Assembly (NCBI GenBank): GCA_043779525.1
Contig: JAYWED010000030.1
Coordinates: 3,431-67,430 of the forward strand
Reading direction: 5' to 3'
Source: Candidatus Eiseniibacteriota bacterium
GTDB lineage: Bacteria; Eisenbacteria; RBG-16-71-46; SZUA-252
Length of the DNA: 64,000 nt
The notes under the pieces are model-generated. The model did not search any database and was not told the origin of the DNA. It was given only the letters and a program-made list of their open reading frames with translations. Both the position numbers and the translations under genes were made by a program. This document shows, in pieces, positions 59,607 through 64,000 of this stretch. The stretch's first letter is position 1; every line of letters starts with the position of its first letter.

Positions 59607-60332
59607 ATGCGTATAGGCATGAGAGTCACATGGGTTGCGGCATCGGTGCTCGCGATTGCCATGGCCGGATGCTGCGACAGTAATCGAGTGCTCGGGGTTC
59701 GGGAAGGCGGCGCCGGAGGCCCGGCAGCGGTTGCGCTCGGATCGACATCAACGTTCGGCGTTCTCGCGGGCTCAACGGTGACGAACACAGGCGCCACCGC
59801 GATCACCGGAGCCCTTGGAGTCTGGCCCGGCTCTGCCGTGACCGGATTCCCGCCCGGAACCGTTAGCGGAGGCATTCACGCGGCCGATCCCGCCGCTGCG
59901 ACTGCACAGACCGACTTGACGGCCGCCTACAACGATGCCATGGGACGCACCACGGGCGCCATCACCGTGTCCGGAGACTTGACCGGGCTGACGCTCGCGC
60001 CTGGTCTCTACAAGTCCACTTCCTCACTCGCGATAACTGGGACGCTCACGCTCGACGGTCTTGGTCACTCGGACGCGGTCTTCATCTTCCAGGTGGCGTC
60101 CACTCTAACGACGGGTCCCGGGGGCCAGATCATCCTGATCGGCGGCGCGAATGCGTCCAATATCGTCTGGCAGGTCGGATCTTCGGCGACCCTCGGCACC
60201 AACTCCGTGTTCAAGGGAACCATCATGGCTCAACAGTCCATCACGTTGAAGACCGGGGCGCGGCTGGACGGCAGAGCGTTGGCTCGGACAGGGGCGGTGA
60301 CATTGGATACCAATGCCATCGTGACCCAATGA
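59607..60332 (+). CDS. DUF3494 ice-binding-like family lipoprotein
   Basis: GGAGGGG SD. Lipobox AMAGC. LGSTSTFGVLAGSTVTNTG, LTLAPGLYK, AVFIFQVASTL, IVWQVGSSATLGT, LDGRALARTGAVTLDTN match the type-1 IBP beta-helix family. Confidence 0.8.
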   Translation: MRIGMRVTWVAASVLAIAMAGCCDSNRVLGVREGGAGGPAAVALGSTSTFGVLAGSTVTNTGATAITGALGVWPGSAVTGFPPGTVSGGIHAADPAAATAQTDLTAAYNDAMGRTTGAITVSGDLTGLTLAPGLYKSTSSLAITGTLTLDGLGHSDAVFIFQVASTLTTGPGGQIILIGGANASNIVWQVGSSATLGTNSVFKGTIMAQQSITLKTGARLDGRALARTGAVTLDTNAIVTQ

Positions 60333-60397
60333 GGTCCGCCCGTCGTGGTGACTGGGTGCTCGAGCGTGACGCTGCGTCAAACAGGAAAGGGCATTCA

Positions 60398-61639
60398 ATG
60401 CGAAGCACGATCTTGGCACTTGTCGCCGTACTGCTTGTGGCTGCGGGACCTGCCTTCGCAGGTGGCGGTGAGAAGGGCGACCTGGAGCTGGGCATCTATG
60501 GCGGCTACGGATGGCTGGACGACTACGGCATATTCCAGCCGAAGAACCACGCGCTCTTCGGGGGGCGAATCGGGTATTTCTTCTCCCCGCGGTGGAATGC
60601 GGAAGTCTCTGCGCAACGCCTCGCCACGCACACGGACTTCGCCATTGTCGGCGCGCAGAACGTGGACGTGCATCTCAGCGCCTATCGCTTCAACCTCCTG
60701 TACAACTTCGCGCCCGGCAAATCGTTCCGGCCGTTCTTGACCGCCGGGATTGGCAAAGAGAAAATCGATGTCGATAACTACGGCGAGTCTTGCGACATTG
60801 GCTGGAACGCAGGCTTGGGCACCCGCATCTTCATGTCGCCCCACGTCAATCTCCGGCTGGACGGCCGCTACGTCCACACGAAAGTGGGCGGCGTGGTTGA
60901 CGATACCGAGAAGAACATCGAGGCCACTCTAGGTCTCGGCCTGATGTTCGGCGGAGGCCACAAGGAGGAGCACGTCGAAGAAGCGCCGCCTCCCGCTCCC
61001 GCTCCGGCTCCCAATCAATCGCCGACAGTGACCTGCGCGGCCGAACGGACGGAGATCCTGCCCGGCGAGACCGTGAACGTCCATGCCACCGCAAGCGATC
61101 CCGAGGGTGGTCCATTGACCTACGCCTGGAGCACCACGGCCGGCAGGGTGAGCGGCACCGCCGCCACCGGATCGCTCGATTTCACCGGCGCGACGCCGCC
61201 GGCGACCGCCAACATCACGGTTCGCGTCACCGACGACCACGGCAATACGGCGACGTCCGACTGCTCGGTGCGCCTGCTCGAGCCGGTCAAGCCCGCTGAA
61301 GCGGTTTCTTGTATCGCCGGCGGGTTCCCACGGAACCTCGCGCGCCTCAGCAACGTCGACAAGGCTTGCCTCGACGACGTGGCGCAGCGGCTGACCACGG
61401 ATCCGCGGGCGCACGTGGTCGTCATCGGTCATTCCGACTCGAAGGAAACCTCCACGACGGTCGCTCAGAAGCGCGCCGACGCGGTGAAGGCCTACCTTTC
61501 GAAGGAGCGGAGCATCGAGGAGTCGCGCATTACGACTCGCTCGGCGCGGCCGGGCAAGGGCGCGGATGTCACCGCCCAGGCGGCCAATCGTCGCGTGGAG
61601 GTCTGGTTCGTGCCCAATGGCGCGACCGAGCCGAAGTAG
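60398..61639 (+). CDS. OmpA-family outer-membrane protein: beta-barrel + PKD/Ig-like insert + OmpA C-terminal domain
   Basis: Signal peptide MRSTILALVAVLLVAAGPAFA and alternating-pattern barrel strands. PKD-like ASDPEGGPLTYAW...VRVTDDHGN. OmpA_C region VVVIGHSDS...RRVEVWFVP. Confidence 0.8.
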   Translation: MRSTILALVAVLLVAAGPAFAGGGEKGDLELGIYGGYGWLDDYGIFQPKNHALFGGRIGYFFSPRWNAEVSAQRLATHTDFAIVGAQNVDVHLSAYRFNLLYNFAPGKSFRPFLTAGIGKEKIDVDNYGESCDIGWNAGLGTRIFMSPHVNLRLDGRYVHTKVGGVVDDTEKNIEATLGLGLMFGGGHKEEHVEEAPPPAPAPAPNQSPTVTCAAERTEILPGETVNVHATASDPEGGPLTYAWSTTAGRVSGTAATGSLDFTGATPPATANITVRVTDDHGNTATSDCSVRLLEPVKPAEAVSCIAGGFPRNLARLSNVDKACLDDVAQRLTTDPRAHVVVIGHSDSKETSTTVAQKRADAVKAYLSKERSIEESRITTRSARPGKGADVTAQAANRRVEVWFVPNGATEPK

Positions 61640-61686
61640 GACGGCTGGATGTAGGGCAACGACGGAAGCTGAAAGTTGTTATCGCA

Positions 61687-61730
61687 AATCGGGGCGAGTC
61701 CGAAAGGGCCCGCCCCGATTGTTTAATTTG
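61687..61730 (+). terminator. Rho-independent terminator
   Basis: AATCGGGGCG (61687-96) / CGCCCCGATT (61711-20), followed by GTTTAATTTG. Confidence 0.65.
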
Positions 61731-61862
61731 CCGCGCGGCCGGCGAGGGTGTCCGTACCGCGCAATCGGCACGGGCATTGCAGTATGCGAGATCAGTGATG
61801 TCTTGATCGTGTGCCAAAAAGGGCCCCACTGCGCGGGATATCTATATGAATCAATGGTTTAA

Positions 61863-61889
61863 TGCTATACTGAAGCACTTGAAGCACTT
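61863..61889 (+). promoter_or_regulatory. extended -10 TGCTATACT followed by a tandem 9-bp duplication
   Basis: TGCTATACT at 61863-61871, then GAAGCACTT twice (61872-61880 and 61881-61889). Confidence 0.4.
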
Positions 61890-61908
61890 GCAAGTTTGTC
61901 GAAAGCGG

Positions 61909-63891
61909 ATGGTAGAAGCGTGTCATTCCTTCCTCGTCCCCCTCGTCTTGGCCCTCGCACTCCATGCGACATCTGTTGAAGCACGGAGCTGGGTCCCGGT
62001 GGGGGCGCCGGGTGGAAATGTCCGTGCCCTCACTACAGACCCACGAGGCCCGCAGCGCATTTACCTCGGTACCGCCGAAGGCATCCTCTATCGCTCGAAT
62101 GACGGAGGACTCCATTGGAAACGGCTGGATCCAGGATTCCCGCTACGCGACTGCAGCCTGGACGAGGTCGTCGTCGATCCGCGCGGAGTCGTGTTCGTCG
62201 GATACTGGGAGGTTCATGGCCAGGGCGGCGGTGTCGCCCGGAGCGTCGACGGCGGGCAGACATTCACGGTTCTAAAGGGCATCCAGGGCGAATCGGTGCG
62301 GGCGCTCGCGCTCGCGCCATCGGACTCGAAGCTCATTGCGGCGGGGACGCTCACCGGAGTGTTCCTCTCGCGCGACGCGGGACAAACCTGGACTCGTATC
62401 ACCCCCAAGGGCCATCCCGACCTGCGTTACATCGAGTCGCTGGCGTTCGACCCGACCGATTCGAAAGCCATCTATGCCGGAACGTGGCATCTGGCCTGGA
62501 AGACGCTCGACAGCGGCGGCTCATGGATGCCGGTGCACCGCGGCATGATCGAGGACTCCGATGTGATGACGCTGACCATCGATTCCCGGCATTCACAAAC
62601 CGTTTACGCCACGGCATGCAGCGGCATCTACCGCTCCACGGAGGCCGACCCGCAGTGGACCAAGCTGCCGGGAATCCCGTTCTCGAGCCGGCGGACGCGG
62701 GCGTTCGCCCAGGGCATCGACGACGCAAGCATGCTGCTGGCCGGTACGACGGAAGGACTCTGGATCAGCGAAGACAGCGGTGGGACCTGGCGCAGGGTGA
62801 CGCCCAAGGGGCTGGTTGTGAACGCCGTGATCGCGCAGCCCGACGGTGCCATCCTTCTCGGAACCGAGGAGGCTGGCGTTCTGCGCAGCCCGGATCGCGG
62901 CCGGACCTGGTTCTCGAGCAATAGCGGCTTCTCGGAGCGGTTCGTCTCCAAGATTCTGTTCGGGGACGATGGCAAACGTCTGATCGTCGCCGTATGGGGC
63001 ACCCCCCGCTACGGCGGGATTTTCGTCTCGTCGGGCGTGGGAGAATCCTGGACCCACGTCGGGAAGGGCATGGGCGGGCGCCAAGCGCTGTCGGTGGCTC
63101 TTCTGGGCAACACCATCCTCGCCGGGACCGACGATGGAATCTTCACGCGGTCGCTCGAGGCGACAGCTTGGACGCGCGCGCCGATTCTTTTCGACGGCCA
63201 GGAGACGCACTGCCGCGTGACCGAGCTGCTCGCCCTTCCGTCGGGTCGGGTCCTTGCCGCGACGTCGAAAGGATTGATACGCAGCGCCGATGGAGGCCTG
63301 ACCTGGACGAAGCCGACGCTCGGGGATGACCAGCCCCAAGTCCTCGATCTCGCCGTGTCCCGCGAGGACTCCGATTTGGTCGTGGCCGCGACGCGTTCCG
63401 GATTCTTCCGGAGCAAGGACGGCGGCGAAACATGGCGCCAGATATCATCCGCGCCGGGCATGACACCGCACACCGTCGCCTTTCTGCCGACCGACGATCG
63501 CGTGCTTTTCGCCACGACTTCGGGAGGGCTCTACCGCTCCGGCGACCTGGGCGCTTCCTGGCGGCGCGTGAGTGGAGGGCTTCCGCGCTCCGACCTCACA
63601 GGGATCGCGATCAATCCAGACGGCCGCACGATCTACGTGAGCGACTTTACCTGGGGCGGAATCTTCCGGAGCGTTGACGGCGGATCGACATGGGACCGGA
63701 TGCCCACAGACGGCCTGGGCTCCGATCGCGTGTGGACGCTGTGCATCGATCCCTTAGCACCCGAACGGCTCCTGGCCGGATCGTCAGCCGGCGGCTTGCA
63801 TCTGCTCACGCCGGGGCCGGTCACTACGGATGGGGGCGGGAAGGCGGTCGCGGGAGGGAAGACGGCCGCGGGGGTGAAAGTCTCCGACTAG
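61909..63891 (+). CDS. secreted BNR/Asp-box repeat protein, probable double beta-propeller (GH74/sortilin-like fold)
   Basis: At least 10 SxDxGxTW-type Asp boxes (SNDGGLHW, SVDGGQTF, SRDAGQTW, SEDSGGTW, SADGGLTW, SKDGGETW, SVDGGSTW...). Signal peptide starts at MVEACHSFLVPLVLALALHA. Track start 61846 lies upstream of the putative -10 box. Confidence 0.75.
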   Translation: MVEACHSFLVPLVLALALHATSVEARSWVPVGAPGGNVRALTTDPRGPQRIYLGTAEGILYRSNDGGLHWKRLDPGFPLRDCSLDEVVVDPRGVVFVGYWEVHGQGGGVARSVDGGQTFTVLKGIQGESVRALALAPSDSKLIAAGTLTGVFLSRDAGQTWTRITPKGHPDLRYIESLAFDPTDSKAIYAGTWHLAWKTLDSGGSWMPVHRGMIEDSDVMTLTIDSRHSQTVYATACSGIYRSTEADPQWTKLPGIPFSSRRTRAFAQGIDDASMLLAGTTEGLWISEDSGGTWRRVTPKGLVVNAVIAQPDGAILLGTEEAGVLRSPDRGRTWFSSNSGFSERFVSKILFGDDGKRLIVAVWGTPRYGGIFVSSGVGESWTHVGKGMGGRQALSVALLGNTILAGTDDGIFTRSLEATAWTRAPILFDGQETHCRVTELLALPSGRVLAATSKGLIRSADGGLTWTKPTLGDDQPQVLDLAVSREDSDLVVAATRSGFFRSKDGGETWRQISSAPGMTPHTVAFLPTDDRVLFATTSGGLYRSGDLGASWRRVSGGLPRSDLTGIAINPDGRTIYVSDFTWGGIFRSVDGGSTWDRMPTDGLGSDRVWTLCIDPLAPERLLAGSSAGGLHLLTPGPVTTDGGGKAVAGGKTAAGVKVSD

Positions 63892-63893
63892 GG

Positions 63894-64000
63894 CTACCCG
63901 CGCGAGATTCTTGGCCGTCGTCTCGCTCTGCGCGAGCGACCCAGCTCGGCGAGGAACGCCGCATAGCCATTCGGATGCCCCTCGCGCAGGCTCCATTTCC
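63894..64000 (-). CDS. 3' end of an unidentified convergent gene (truncated by window edge)
   Basis: The minus-strand frame reads ...KWSLREGHPNGYAAFLAELGRSRRARRRPRISRG and stops at TAG (63894-63896). Too short to assign. Confidence 0.3.
   Translation of the reverse strand, partial: KWSLREGHPNGYAAFLAELGRSRRARRRPRISRG

Overview
High-GC bacterial chromosomal window from a diderm organism (OmpA-type protein, many lipoboxes). It is densely coding: about 60 protein genes and one tRNA-Leu(UAG). I found no rRNA, CRISPR array, transposase or integrase. Many long Arg/Gly/Pro-rich ORFs in the six-frame track are antisense or alternate-frame shadows of real genes and are not called. Layout: (1) 1-6.0 kb is an acetoacetate/butyrate beta-oxidation operon: CoA-transferase B, two acyl-CoA dehydrogenases, thiolase, Hbd and a DUF362 protein. 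(2) 6.8-15.3 kb is a minus-strand propionyl-CoA to succinyl-CoA operon: PccB, separate biotin carboxylase and BCCP, a mutase lacking a B12 domain, UppP, the epimerase and two lipoproteins. (3) Creatininase-family/PaaI pair, a methyltransferase, EtfAB and a YitJ-like homocysteine methyltransferase-MTHFR fusion. (4) tRNA-Leu followed by tig-clpP-clpX-lon. (5) Serine pathway (class V aminotransferase, SerA, ThrH-like phosphatase) and purA. (6) HExxH membrane protein with an ECF sigma/anti-sigma pair. (7) GcvT-family + two FAD oxidoreductases + Rieske oxygenase operon. (8) Divergent Ku/LigD NHEJ locus with extra co-operonic genes. (9) MhqO/MhqD-like pair, a DUF5996-zfUBP-PLP decarboxylase-methyltransferase operon, and EVE-DinB. 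(10) Ser/Thr kinase-TPR. (11) 56.3-64 kb is a more AT-rich, terminator-rich stress/surface segment: pseudogene remnant, haloperoxidase-like hydrolase, DUF4332, Dps, DUF3494 ice-binding lipoprotein, OmpA-PKD protein and a BNR double propeller. Best candidates for something undescribed: the GcvT/2xFAD/Rieske operon, whose Rieske gene has no canonical start and sits in frame behind a single TAG; the expanded NHEJ locus; the zf-UBP-containing four-gene operon; and an orphan promoter-sORF-terminator unit between serA and thrH. All functional calls come from motif and family recognition by eye. No database search was run.
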